Of a stretch of 64,000 nt of DNA, positions 1 through 11,384 are shown piece after piece. Within the stretch, counting starts at the first letter, position 1. Each line of letters opens with the position of its first letter. The stretch is from positions 54,438,001 to 54,502,000 of the forward strand of contig OZ320315.1 of NCBI GenBank assembly GCA_976226885.1, in the 5' to 3' direction. The notes under the pieces are model-generated. The model saw nothing but the letters and a program-made list of their open reading frames with translations, was not told the DNA's origin and did no database searches. The position numbers and the translations under genes are program-made. Origin of the DNA: Iphione sp. A-MEVVRFRX5 (taxonomy: Eukaryota).

Positions 1-151
1 GTCCTTGGTATCCCGTGGTTATCTCGGACACTGATGAGGGCGAGTCGTTCAGGGGGTACATCTAACTGGACTGGGGAGTGGGGATGTCGTATTACCTTGT
101 CGCTGTTTTTGTTATTGCATGCCTTCAGTAATAAATGATATAATAATTACA
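1..151 (-). repeat. 3' LTR (U3 end) of the Gypsy element, truncated by the window edge
   Basis: On the minus strand TGTAATTA starts immediately after a purine-rich tract and mirrors the AAATTACA end next to the PBS. Confidence 0.75.
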
Positions 152-180
152 TCCCTGGTTGGCCCCCTTTTCTGCTTCTC
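152..180 (-). other. Polypurine-tract-like plus-strand primer site
   Basis: Minus strand GAGAAGCAGAAAAGGGGGCCAACCAGGGA directly abuts the TG of the 3' LTR. Confidence 0.65.
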
Positions 181-936
181 ATGCTTGTAGCAATCACCTT
201 ATTGTTCCGGCCAAGTAACTTCCACCGTAGGTTATTCCTGTACATTCTAATAGTTTACCGTGGCTTAGTGGCTACGTCTTTTCAAATGAATGTCATGTCT
301 CACCTCTAGTAATAGGTTTTGCCACCCTCTTCCAGAGGACATAAGAGCAACTCGGCACCTTAACCACTTCAAGAGGACAGTAGAGCAACTTGGCCCGCTT
401 GTTCCTTTCTACGGCCACGGTGGTGTCCTGCCCTTCGTCCAGAGGACATCTCCTCCACTTGGTCACCTTCTTCAAGAGGACGTGCACGCAGCTTGGTATT
501 GTACCACTTCCAGCACATTCCTGATTACTTCCGTCTACTAGTCCCCTTAACACCCCGCTCCAGGGGTAGTCGTCTGTTTCGAGCAGTCCCAGGGCGTTTT
601 ATTTACCCTCACGGATCTTCTTGCGCATTCTTCAGGGTACTCATCCCCCTTGTGGGTGTCTGGGTTCCTTCCCCAGCTTTTCCCGGTGGGATCCCCTTCT
701 CAGGGGCCCACCACTTCCCCCACCACGGACTTTTTGCCTCCCCCCCCCCTCTGGCGATGGGAAGGGGGGGGGGGGCCCGGATGTCCGCCCTCCTCTCATG
801 AGTTTTCTGAATGCCGCCAGGATGTCCGTCCTCCTCGTAGGCTCTTCCGCACTTTCCCCATGCCAGGGTGCCTACATCCCCTCAAAACTCTTCCGACTGC
901 TCCAGGACACCATCCTTCTTCAGTATTCCCAGGGCC

Positions 937-3900
937 CTAAGGCCCTGTGGTCGTAGCCTTTTCTTGCTGTCTTCGCCATGCTACCACCCACCGGGGTACA
1001 GCCTCCCCCTTGTACTCACGTACCCGATTTCGGTGTACGACCTTTGGTTTGGCTTGTCTGGCTCGCTGGATTACCACTCGCTCATCGTCCAGCTTCTTCA
1101 CCACTAGCCATGGCCCTGTCCAGGGGAAGAATGTTTTTGGACTTCTTCCTTTCGGGGGCTGGGCATCGTGTAACCAGACCATCTCTCCGTCTGCAACAGG
1201 GTGTGTTTTCGCCCTTCGATCATAAGCCCTGGCCTGAAGCTTGGCTGCCCGTTGCAGGTGTAGCCGGGCCTCCCGGTAGGCTGCCTGGAGACGCTGAGCA
1301 ATCTCGGCCACCTTCTCAGGTAACGGCTTCTCCTCTTCAGAGGGCTGAGGTACCCCGTCTATCGCGTGGACTGGTAGAATCACCTCCCGCCCGAACATAA
1401 GCATGTTGGGCGTATAACCCGTGCTTGCCTGAGGGGAGGCGCGGTAAGCCATCATCAAGTAAGGTAAGGCTTCATCCCATTCGTCTTCCACCTCGTGACA
1501 GTGAGCCTTGATCATCCTCCCTATGGTGCGAAAGCTCCTTTCGATGTAGCCATCGCTCTGTGGATGTTTCGGTGTAGTGCGGGTCTTCTTGATGTCCAAT
1601 AGTTGGCACAATGCAGTAAGCACCTCACTACAGAAGTTAGTGCCTTGATCGCTATGCAGCTCCAAGAAACAGCCATATCTGACAATCACCTCTTCCGCCA
1701 GAATGGTAGCTACCCGGGTAGCTTTCTGATCAGGGATGGCGAAAGCTTCCAACCACTTCGTGAAATGATCACCAACCATCAGGATGTAGCGGTTTCCCCG
1801 GGCAGTTTCAGGCAGCGGTCCAGCAACATCCATGGACCATCTTTCCATGGGTTCCCCCACCAGGTAGGTCTTCATTGGCGTCTGTGGCTGCTTGGGGTTA
1901 ACGTTCAACAGGGCACAGTGGCATCGGCCGCAATATGCCTCCACATCCTTCCGCATCCCAGGCCAATAATAGGCCAGGGCCACCAGATATGTCGTTCGGT
2001 CTGCCCCTAAGTGCCCGCCTGTCTTCCCTCCGTGTACTTCTCGGATGGCTGCTTCTCGCCGACTAGACGGGAGTACGACTTGTAGGCGGGATGGGCCCAG
2101 GCCCAGCCCATACCAGCGACGCTGCAATAGCCCCTCCTGTACCGTCAGGCGTTCCCATTGCCTCCACAGGGCCTTGGTGGCCCCTGGTAACGCGGAGACC
2201 TGTTCCCATGGCGGCCGATCGGTATTCTGCTCCCAGAGGCGGAGAACAGGGCCAATGGCTTCGTCCATTAACTGATCACGCCGCAGCTCCCGAGCTTGAG
2301 CGGAGGCCGTCTGTCCTCGGGTTACAACCTGCACGGAGAGGGGTGTGTCCTCTTCCTCCAGGTGGGGTTGTTTGCACTGTCGGCAGATACGGCGGGAGAG
2401 AGCGTCTGCGTTCGCGTTGAGACGGCCTGGACGATGTGCAAACTGCAATTGGTATTGCCCGATTCGCTCCAACCACCTTGCTAGTTGCCCTTCGGGGTCC
2501 TTAATCCGACTCATCCAGCTCACGGCCCCATTGTCGGTGCGTACCGTCACTGGTTGTCCGTAGATGTAAAAATGAAAGTGTTTGAGGGCAGCCACCACTG
2601 CCAGCAGTTCTTTCCGCATAACACAGTATCTTCGTTCGGCCGGGTTCAGGCTCCGGCTGAAGTAAGCAAGGACCACCTCTCTCTCTTCTTGTCTTTGAGA
2701 GAGGACGGCACCCAGGCCAACGTTACTGGCATCGGTGTCCAGGTAGTATGCCCCCTCTGGGTGTGGATAGCCCAGGATAGGACTCGTACTCAGGGCGTTT
2801 TTCAATGCAGTGAACGCTTCCTCTTCTTCAGAGCCCCACGCGAATTTCACCCGGGAGCTAGTGAGATGATTCAGGGGCGCTGCCATAGTAGCAAAGTGGG
2901 GGACATGACGACGATAGTAGGAGCAGAGGCCAACAAATGCCCGCACTTCCGTGGTACACCGGGGGGTTGGCCAGTCCCTGATACTTTTCGTCTTGGCTGG
3001 GTCTGTAGCCACTCCTTCTTGTGAGACAACGTGCCCCAGAAACCCTACCTCTTTCAGGAACAGCTGGCATTTCGTGGGTTTCAGCTTCAACCCTGCCTCC
3101 CCAACGCGGGTCAGTACTCTGTCCAACCGCTGCAGCGTCTCTGGGAAATCCCGCCCGAACACCAAGATATCGTCCAGGTATACTAGGCACTGTTCCCAGG
3201 CTAGGCCTCGCAAAACCGTGTCCATGAGACGTTCAAAGGTGGCGGGCGCATTGATCAAGCCGAACGGCATGACCGTAAACTCATATAGTCCTACCGACGT
3301 CGAGAAAGCCGTCTTCTCCCGGTCTTCCGGGTGCATACGGACTTGCCAGTAGCCCGACGCCAGGTCGAGAGAACAGAAGTATCGGGCCCCTGCTAAGGTG
3401 CTCAACGAGTCGTCAATCCGCGGGAGCGGATAGGCGTCAACTTTGGTCTGGCGGTTTAGCTTACGATAATCGACACAAAAACGGGTGGTACCGTCCTTCT
3501 TCCGGACCATCACAACTGGACTGGACCATGGGCTACTACTCTCGGCTATTACACCAAGTCTTTTCATTTCATCTACCAACTCTCTTTCTTCCCTTCGTCG
3601 AGCGATGGGCAACCGCCGGGGAGGCTGCTTAATGGGATGGGGGTCCGTGAGATAGATTCGGTGTTGGACTAGGTCAGTCTGGCCTAAATCACCCTTGGAT
3701 GCCGCGAAGATTCCCTCGTGCTTCTTCAGCACCTCTTCTAGTGCCCCCAGTTCTGGTTCGGACAGCCGGCTTGCAGCCGCAGTCAAGAGGGTTCTCCAAG
3801 CTTTGTCTGGTTCTAAGCAAACGCTGCGTACCTTGGGACCGGATGCCTGAGGGGGCTCCTGCTCACTCACAGGCTGACCCATGGCTAATGGGGTCCCTTG

Positions 3901-4557
3901 TTTCAGTACCACTGCTCTCTCCCCTAGGTTCCATAGGGGTAAGGTCGTTCTAACTATACATCGTATCCCGAGGATACCTTTCCCCAGATTTTCCTCAGCC
4001 ACCCCTTCAACAAGGAATGAGTCCCCCCCTGAGTTGGACAGGGGTACCGCCACCCCCTCGCCAGCTGGCAGAGTTAGGTCATGAGCAAGGCACAAGGGGG
4101 TCTCCTGTCCCCACTCTGCCGGGTCGGTCCCACTGTGGTTAAAATTTATCTCTCCTCTAGCTAAGTCTATCACTGCTTTGTGGTGGTTCAAAAAGTCACT
4201 CCCTAGTATCCCATCCCCCTGGATCCTTGCTACCAGGAATGGATGTTGAAAATGGCCCCCCGCAATCTCCAAATCCAATACTTCTTCCCCTAAGGTGGGA
4301 ATGACATGTCCTCCCGCTCCCGAGATCCGGGTTCCCCCCTTCACCTCATCTAGGCCAGGGGCCACATCAGGGTTGATAATGGAAACTTCAGCTCCTGTGT
4401 CCACCAAAAACATGTGAGTATTGCCTCGAAGGCTTACCTGTAAGTGTGGCCCCTGGCCTTGTTCCACTATCCGCCCTGTAGGGGTCTTGTCAGCCGGGCC
4501 TCCCTGGCCTACTGGGCCGGCTGTGTTCCGTTTCCCGAAGTGGGTAACTCTGGACAA
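937..4557 (-). CDS. pol: Gypsy Pol polyprotein (aspartic protease, reverse transcriptase, RNase H, integrase), probably expressed as a Gag-Pol fusion
   Basis: 1206-aa open frame. Motifs: FLVDTGAEVS (PR); RFCVDYRKLN, MPFGL, YLDD (RT); DTDAS, ELLAVV, ADALSR (RH); HHCC-like, SMD / HSD-35-E and WTGPW (IN). Confidence 0.97.
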   Translation of the reverse strand: MSRVTHFGKRNTAGPVGQGGPADKTPTGRIVEQGQGPHLQVSLRGNTHMFLVDTGAEVSIINPDVAPGLDEVKGGTRISGAGGHVIPTLGEEVLDLEIAGGHFQHPFLVARIQGDGILGSDFLNHHKAVIDLARGEINFNHSGTDPAEWGQETPLCLAHDLTLPAGEGVAVPLSNSGGDSFLVEGVAEENLGKGILGIRCIVRTTLPLWNLGERAVVLKQGTPLAMGQPVSEQEPPQASGPKVRSVCLEPDKAWRTLLTAAASRLSEPELGALEEVLKKHEGIFAASKGDLGQTDLVQHRIYLTDPHPIKQPPRRLPIARRREERELVDEMKRLGVIAESSSPWSSPVVMVRKKDGTTRFCVDYRKLNRQTKVDAYPLPRIDDSLSTLAGARYFCSLDLASGYWQVRMHPEDREKTAFSTSVGLYEFTVMPFGLINAPATFERLMDTVLRGLAWEQCLVYLDDILVFGRDFPETLQRLDRVLTRVGEAGLKLKPTKCQLFLKEVGFLGHVVSQEGVATDPAKTKSIRDWPTPRCTTEVRAFVGLCSYYRRHVPHFATMAAPLNHLTSSRVKFAWGSEEEEAFTALKNALSTSPILGYPHPEGAYYLDTDASNVGLGAVLSQRQEEREVVLAYFSRSLNPAERRYCVMRKELLAVVAALKHFHFYIYGQPVTVRTDNGAVSWMSRIKDPEGQLARWLERIGQYQLQFAHRPGRLNANADALSRRICRQCKQPHLEEEDTPLSVQVVTRGQTASAQARELRRDQLMDEAIGPVLRLWEQNTDRPPWEQVSALPGATKALWRQWERLTVQEGLLQRRWYGLGLGPSRLQVVLPSSRREAAIREVHGGKTGGHLGADRTTYLVALAYYWPGMRKDVEAYCGRCHCALLNVNPKQPQTPMKTYLVGEPMERWSMDVAGPLPETARGNRYILMVGDHFTKWLEAFAIPDQKATRVATILAEEVIVRYGCFLELHSDQGTNFCSEVLTALCQLLDIKKTRTTPKHPQSDGYIERSFRTIGRMIKAHCHEVEDEWDEALPYLMMAYRASPQASTGYTPNMLMFGREVILPVHAIDGVPQPSEEEKPLPEKVAEIAQRLQAAYREARLHLQRAAKLQARAYDRRAKTHPVADGEMVWLHDAQPPKGRSPKTFFPWTGPWLVVKKLDDERVVIQRARQAKPKVVHRNRVREYKGEAVPRWVVAWRRQQEKATTTGP
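4472..4536 (-). promoter_or_regulatory. -1 programmed ribosomal frameshift signal (G GGA AAC plus downstream stem or pseudoknot)
   Basis: pol is in the -1 frame relative to gag. Heptamer at 4530-4536 is in X XXY YYZ phase, followed by a 6-nt spacer and a CAGCCGG/CCGGCTG stem. Confidence 0.8.
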
Positions 4558-5351
4558 TTTCTCTTAAAATGCCCCTGCTTCCCACACTGATAACATCCTG
4601 TAAACCGGGGTTTACGGGGCTTGGTTTCCTCCATGGCAGCATTTTCCTCGCGGAATTTCTTCAGCTCCTGAGCTATCACTTCTTCCATCTCCTTCTTCCA
4701 GGCTGGAACAGACGGGGCCTGTTGCACAGTGTTGACGGTCTTGGCGCGGAACCGCTCCTGGGTCTCCACAACCTGGATGGCGTTGTCCAGCGTCGTGCAT
4801 TTTGCTTCCAGACATTTCAGATGGAGAGTGTCTGCCAGTGCCCGTTGAAAAGCAGCTACTGCTGCCAGCTCCCGGGTTTCCCCGGTGACGTCCGGGTAGG
4901 CTGTTCTAACTAGCCGCCTCACTCTATCAGCTAGGTCTCGTACGTCTTCTTCTTTCCCTCGCCTCACCCCCGAAAGCTTCTGCATGGCGATTACCCGGTC
5001 ACGCCGGCGGCCAAACCGCCGCTCCAAGGCGGCCACCCTGGAGGCGTAGTCCTTCTTTTCTTCGACTGGTAGGTCGCCATAGTACATACGGGCCGCCCCC
5101 GTAAGAGACAGGGTTAGGGCTGAACATTTCGTACCTTCTCCCCAGTGACAGGCATCAGCCCATTCTGTGAACTGCCCAATCCAGCTATCCCAATCAACAG
5201 TCTTTCCATCAAAGCGTTCAGGTTTCAAGGTGTTTACCTTCAAGGGCTCTTCAGGGGCCATCACAAAAGGCTCCTCCCCCTCCTCGTCCGGAGTTGGACT
5301 GGGTACACGAATCTGCACTTCATCATCAACATCTACATACCTTGTAGCCAT
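4509..5351 (-). CDS. gag: Gypsy Gag with C-terminal CCHC zinc knuckle
   Basis: 280-aa ORF with KPERFDG..W capsid-type motif and CYQCGKQGHFKRNC knuckle; ATG lies 12 nt after the PBS. Confidence 0.93.
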   Translation of the reverse strand: MATRYVDVDDEVQIRVPSPTPDEEGEEPFVMAPEEPLKVNTLKPERFDGKTVDWDSWIGQFTEWADACHWGEGTKCSALTLSLTGAARMYYGDLPVEEKKDYASRVAALERRFGRRRDRVIAMQKLSGVRRGKEEDVRDLADRVRRLVRTAYPDVTGETRELAAVAAFQRALADTLHLKCLEAKCTTLDNAIQVVETQERFRAKTVNTVQQAPSVPAWKKEMEEVIAQELKKFREENAAMEETKPRKPRFTGCYQCGKQGHFKRNCPELPTSGNGTQPAQ

Positions 5352-5363
5352 CTTGCTTGGGGA

Positions 5364-5381
5364 ATCCCACTTCTGACACCA
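5364..5381 (-). other. Primer binding site complementary to the tRNA-Leu 3' end
   Basis: TGGTGTCAGAAGTGGGAT lies 1 nt after the LTR-terminal CA and is the complement of the metazoan tRNA-Leu end ...ATCCCACTTCTGACACCA. Confidence 0.9.
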
Positions 5382-5382
5382 G

Positions 5383-6020
5383 TGTAATTTGCGTGTTTAA
5401 TCCTCCACTTGGGTATATCCAACTATTGTTACTACAGTCCAGGCTTAGTATGATCCACTGAGGTTAGCCCATGTATCCTCCCAAGAGGTAGTCCCAAGTG
5501 GTTATGTGCTGCTAAGGTTCCCCGGAAGAACAAGTGCCACAAAGGTAATCCAAGTGCAAACTGGTTTATTGGCCACACAGGACCCATATTTATACCTCTC
5601 AAACAAGTCATGTGATCACAGAAAATAGCAACCATGTATTCTTCTTTGGAATAAAATGTATACAATGTCTCTTGTGTTGTCATTCTACACCAATCAGCTG
5701 TTGGCACCCTGGCTGGTATCTGGAGATCCAGGGGCTAAGGTCACCTCTAATCTTAACTGGTTCGGGGTACCCCAACGATCCGTATATCTGGGGGTCATTC
5801 GGTGCATCTAATTTTCCCTACTGTCTGGGGTACCCCAGCCCAAACCTTCCTAGGGGTGAACAAGTACATTCAGGCAAGTAGCTCAACCCTAGCTGACTCG
5901 GGGTACCCCGTACGTAAATGTTTCCCCTCCCTACAGTATCCTAGGTCGAGTAGCTGCGTCCTAACTAACTCGGGGTACCCCACACATGAAAGTGCTCCCT
6001 CTCTACATTACCTTGGGTAT
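5383..6020 (-). repeat. 5' LTR (U5 side), containing ~70-bp degenerate repeats with a GGGGTACCCC palindromic core; distal end not found
   Basis: Ends in CA next to the PBS; four GGGGTACCCC units between ~5760 and 5985. Confidence 0.7.
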
Positions 6021-6079
6021 TAAGATTTTTTTCGGGGCCCCCAATTATGGGGGCCAATCCCCAATCAGGGAGACTATTG

Positions 6080-6515
6080 ACTTGGTAACTTCTGAAAATG
6101 AAACAGTAATACATATTAATTGAGATGAATTAATAGACCTATTGCTTTCATAGTCTCTCATCAAAACCACTGCTTAAAACTACTGAAATCCTTCCTATTT
6201 GATAAAATCCTTTTAATGTGGTGGATTTAACCTATGTACTATCTTTCACTACACTTATCATGTTCATGTGCTCATATAACAATTATTTCATACTTTCTTG
6301 AGTGAATCTTGGTAACATCTGAAAAGGAAAGAGTAATTCATATTAAATTGAGATGAATTAATAGACCTATCTCTTTTGTACTCTATAATCAAAACTACTG
6401 CTTAAAACAACTGAAATCCTGCCTATTTGATAAAATCCTTTTAATGCAGTAGATTTAACCTATCTACTATCTTTTGCTACACTTGTCATATTCATGTGCT
6501 CATATGAGTGAATCT
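6080..6515. repeat. Degenerate tandem duplication, ~230-bp unit, 2 copies
   Basis: cttggtaac..ctgaaaa..tgagatgaattaatagacctat..gataaaatccttttaatg..ttcatgtgctcatat occurs twice. Confidence 0.85.
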
Positions 6516-8379
6516 AAGATAGGCTTCTTCTTATATCACCCACCATCTTGTCGATGCAAAACCAAAAACAAAGTGTGACTGAGAGTGAGGCTCTAAGGCC
6601 CATTCTCAAACACCAGGTGGCAGTACATGGCACAGGTATTATCATCAACAGGTTATCAGCATTTCGAGAACAGCACTGTTGATAAATATATGTAAAGGAT
6701 GACTGACTTTTCAACTTACCTTTGATAGAATATTTGATTCAGGGCTTCCAATTATGGGGGCCCACCCACAATCAGGGGGGTTTAGTCACATGACAGGAGT
6801 GCACCGTGAACCTATGAAATAGGTCTAGGGGACCCCTTGCTGTCAGTGGTCACCTGGCCGACTCTAAAGAAAGAGAGAAAAGTTTAGAATGTATTCTAAA
6901 CTTGCAAAGTAATGCATACATTTGATATATTTTTATATATATATTCTACTTATATCTTTACTTATATATTTACTTCATTTATTTACTTTATATTTATGCT
7001 CATTTTCAGGAGAGCCTATCTAGCATACTACAGTATATTTTTTTAGAACTTAGAGACTTGTACTGAATATTCAGGGTTGTTATTTTTATTATCACATTAC
7101 ACATACTATGGGGCTGAGGCCGGTGCCGGGGCTTGGGCCAGGGCTGTGGCCAGGGCTGGGGCACTACCACCCCGACTAGCCTCAGCCATGCCCTTTTTGG
7201 TGGCAGCCATACAGGAAATAGATGAACCAAGAAACTTCTAACACCAAACAAAGTTGTTGTAAATGTCAAATGTAGATGTAATTGTAATTGTTTTAAGGAA
7301 CTTGTGATGTCAAATAGTTTCTCAGTGTAACAGTACACTAATTCAATATTTAACTTACCCCCTGGCAGCCATGGTGCCTTCCTTTTTCACTGCAAGGAAG
7401 AGATAGCAAAGTAAGTGTGATGCAATCTTTACCACCAAATTACATATGTATTCAAATGGGGCACTTCCTAAAATGATCATCTGGCGATAGTGTCTTATAC
7501 TCTTTAACTTTTAGAGTAGGTATATGAAGAAGAGATTGTACTGATCTTTTATTTACTGCAGTTATTAATTTTTAGCTTACATTCTGTTTCTCTATTTTTT
7601 TCTGGCTAAGCTTCTTTGGGGTTGCCACCTTTGCTGACAGGGGTGTGATTTTATTTTTCATCTTTTTTTACTATTTCTTACTTTTATCAAGTCCAATAAA
7701 TTTATTAGAATAACATTAAATGGTGCTACAGAAAGAAAAGAGAGCCTTAAAAAAATTGGATACTGGACCAGAGCAGGTAGAGGCACAGTATGGCACCAAA
7801 GTAGGTCACTTTGCTGTGCAAGAGATCAGCAGCTCCAGAAATGTAAGCTATGTTCTATAATGCATTGGTATTGTATTCCAAAATTGTTTCAGATGTAGAA
7901 ACACAATTACTTTGGCTATTGCAGGATGTTTCTAATTGTCACAGTAACTTGTAATGCCATACACAATGACAGTGTTTTGTGCACCATCTTGGAATCATCT
8001 TACTGGTGAGTAAACAAAGCAAAAGGCAATCATGTAAGCTGCACTGCAAGTAAACTAAGCTCTCTATAAAACTGGAACTGCACAAAATATTAGGAAAATA
8101 TGTCTGCTATTTGCATACAAAAGTATCATTCTTGTAGAATTAGCTGTATTTATGCTGGATTTTTTTCCAGAAAAGCTGCTATGTAAGCCCAAAATAAATA
8201 TAATTTGTTGTGGATATATCAAAGTGTTTTGACGACAGGTACTAATTCATTGATTTGCTTAATATATAGTTCCTGCATGGCATACATGTGCAATTTATTT
8301 ATCAACGTAGATAAAATACGACATCCACAACATATGTACAATGAAACACACAAATACATGTATACACAAATATTGATAA

Positions 8380-9545
8380 CAAGTTGCAATAGAGTGGCAG
8401 GCAAGTTGCATTTTGGCCATCAATAGCCGTATTCATTGTTGATTGCGATGCATTTCCTGATGAGGCCAAACATTGTGATGTCATTATTTTCATACTGCAT
8501 CCAGAGCACCTCAATTGCTGACTGCTTAGATTTCACTTTCTGACTTCCCTGCCTGGTCAGCTTTCCCTGTCACATGCACTTTAGCTGCAGTCGCAAATAC
8601 AAAGCCTCTTGGTGCAGCTCTAGGATGAGTTGATTATAAGTCTGTTTGCAATGGGAAGCAATCTTGTTCAAGCAGTTGTACCACCCCTCTACATCATTGT
8701 TGGTGCACACCAATCGCTTGAATGTGGACCACAAAGATGGTGGCCTAAGGTGGCTCCTGATCCACATTACATCTAAGTAATCCAGAAGCTCTTGTACTGC
8801 TTCCTCACCCACAGGTTTACGTGTTACAAACCTCTAAGATGTAGAGAGCTGGCAGGCTCAGAAATGCCATTAGCTCCTTGATGTAGCTCGAAATTGCAGT
8901 CTGCCTGAAATATGTGCTCTGCAAGCAAAGACTCTTCACTTTTCTGAAGAAGACCTGCACCCAATGAAAAGCACATCCTTTGATGGCAACATGAAGCATG
9001 ACTTGTTGGAACCCTGCCCACATCCCTAGCTCCAAGTCCAGTATCATCTCCTGCACAGTAGGTGCGGCCCCTAAAATAGTCTTGATTTTTTCAAACAGCA
9101 GCTGGGAATCATCTTTTTTTTTCTTAATATCAGCAGGAAACATAGGGAAAACTGTTTGCACCCATCCTCCACCTTGAAAAAGGCATGGATGCTGAACAAT
9201 TGGTCAAAGGGCTTCTTACCCACCTTGAAAGTGCCATCCACATACCATGACTCTGCCATGACCAGGTACTTGAGTTGCACATCAGTGGCAAATATCTGAT
9301 GCCACTAGCCATCATGCTTGATGTCAGCTTGAATGAAGCCTTTTGGCACTTGGTCCATGTCCATCTCAAAATCAAGGTTTTCAGGTGGTTTTCCTCTGCA
9401 CCCCACATGTATGCTGCTAATCGTCCATTGTACATTGTGGACAGTGGGTAGAGAGACCTCCCCATCTAAGTTCTCTTTGATGATATCTATGGCCATCTGG
9501 CCTGATCATGCATACAAGTTCTCAATGGCCAACCTCTTGACCTAC
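8380..9545 (-). pseudogene. MULE/Mutator DDE transposase, disrupted by stops and frameshifts
   Basis: Fragments WYVDGTFK..PFDQLFSIHAF, DLELGMW, GCAFHWVQ (CxxH) and TNNDVEGWYNCLN in three frames; splice acceptor ttcttgtag near 9543. Confidence 0.92.
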
Positions 9546-9896
9546 AAGAAAATGAATGATAACTTTATAGGCAATTTCTCTTGGTACAGTATTTTTTTTC
9601 TGGTATAAGAAAAATTTCTTTTACTCTTACTTTTTGGTTTTTTTTCATGATACAGTTGTTTGATTGAGGTTGAGAATAAGTACAGTAATTAACATAACAA
9701 TGACAAATAATGTGGACCCGGCAGCAGCTACGGGGCAAAGCATCAGGTGCTGAGGCCTGGACCTGGCCTAGAGGAGCAGCGATGGGGTCGATATGGAAAT
9801 ATAACAGTTGATTAGATATTAGCTCCTTCACAGAAACACTAGAAACCCACTTAAACCTTAAACTTAAAAAGTTGCACTGTAAAGCTTTTTACCCAC

Positions 9897-10278
9897 CTTC
9901 TGTTGAGGTCCAGAAATTAGGTCCTTTGATGTCTTCCACTGCACAGAAATATTCCTTAAAAGTGAAATCACCATTTGAATGTCTTTGCAGCTCCTCATAA
10001 ACAGAGTTACTGACATCACCTAGGCAGTCATCTCTTTCCTGTGAATTCAAGGACATCTTCACCATCTGCAATCAGGTTTGGGCAATTAGCCCTACTTGAT
10101 GTGGTGCATGTGGATTTTTTTGGTTCTTGTTCTGTTTCCTTGCTTCTTCTTTGTAGATTTCTCAATGATCTTGGTCAGTCTTCATCCAAACCAGGTCGAC
10201 CATCTCTCTCCTATACCCTTTTTCCTTTGCATCTAGCCAAAACAGCCAGTGCGCAGTGACTTGGTTCTTTCTATCCAT
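9897..10278 (-). pseudogene. Decayed first exon with an HMG-box-like segment, upstream of the MULE transposase
   Basis: TATATAAA ~65 nt upstream and accATGG start. Frame reads MDRKNQVTAHWLFWLDAKEKGYRREMVDLVWMKTDQDH*EIYKEEARKQN..., has two TGA stops and ends at an AAG|GTGGGT donor-like site. Confidence 0.45.
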
Positions 10279-11384
10279 GGTTGGTGACTCTTTAGTGTAT
10301 TTCCACAAGCAAAATAATGATGTGGTATCCATGTCCAGTCAGTTTATATAAAGACCCTAACCCATATGCTAGCAACACATGTCAGCTTGCAGGTACATCC
10401 AGATTGACAAGTGCTGACATATAAAGTCAATCTTGTGCTCAACAAGTACAACTATTTCTTCAGGCTGACAGGTCTTTCTCTAACTACATTTATCATTATT
10501 ATGGAGGTTATCATTTCAAACGTTATGCATAAGGCATATGGGTCATACAAGTAAACTTTGCTGTCACCTGGTATGTGGAAGCAGGCAAGCATCAACAGTT
10601 AACCTGTGTCAAGCTCTCTTCACTCAAACATGGAAATTGTTATCTTTTGTACATATGATATCTCTTTTTCTCAGATGGACATGTCTTTCTCTAATGACAT
10701 CTAGCATTGAACTTATCATTTCAAATATGATGTATGAGTCATGTGAGTCAATTTGGCTGCCACCTAGTTTGTGATTTGGGGGCAGCATTGACAGTTAACC
10801 AGTTAACCAGCTAACAGACATAGATAATCAATATGAAAATTATTTTTTAAACATTAATACTCAAATTATATAAATCTCAAACTTGAGTATTAATTTTTGC
10901 CTGATACTGGTACTTACAGTCATAGATGGGTCATTTGACTCAAATTGCATGAGGTTGCATATGGAGCTTGCACATCTAAGGGGTCACACTATCACGTAAT
11001 GACATTGAAACAGATTAGTTATCTGTTGAAATAGTGATGTAGGTTACACATTCACTTTGGTATTTGATTTTGGTGAATACCATGAATGAGTAAGAATATG
11101 TCATTTATAAGATGGTTTAGCATGCTGATAGGATATTTTATATAGGCCTACAGACATTGGAAATTTAATGTACATCATGTTATAAATTGTCAAATTGTGT
11201 GGCATTCATGTTTCATATTAAGCATGAAAATCATTTCCCAGAGATGATTAAAAAAAGTGTTAGATCTATGAAGGTTCTGTTACCGGAATCTTACTATTGG
11301 AACTAGCTCATCTAAGATGGGATCTCGCTAACAAGTAATGACATTGAAACGAATTAGTCATTTTGAAAGGGTGTATGACCTTTT

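Larger units (their letters stand above)
1..6020 (-). mobile_element. Ty3/Gypsy LTR retrotransposon, coding region intact (right boundary approximate, left end runs off window)
   Basis: Minus-strand order LTR-PBS-gag-pol(PR-RT-RH-IN)-PPT-LTR. LTR edges TGTAATT (at 151) and AATTACA (at 5383) form a short inverted repeat. Confidence 0.95.

Noticed and set aside
31..60. CTGATGAG, a possible hammerhead ribozyme core
   Set aside because: No stem II followed by GAAA; the same applies to similar words at ~8457 and ~14935.
947..5387. Many + strand ORFs overlapping gag/pol
   Set aside because: Antisense shadows of a GC-rich coding strand with no recognisable domains.
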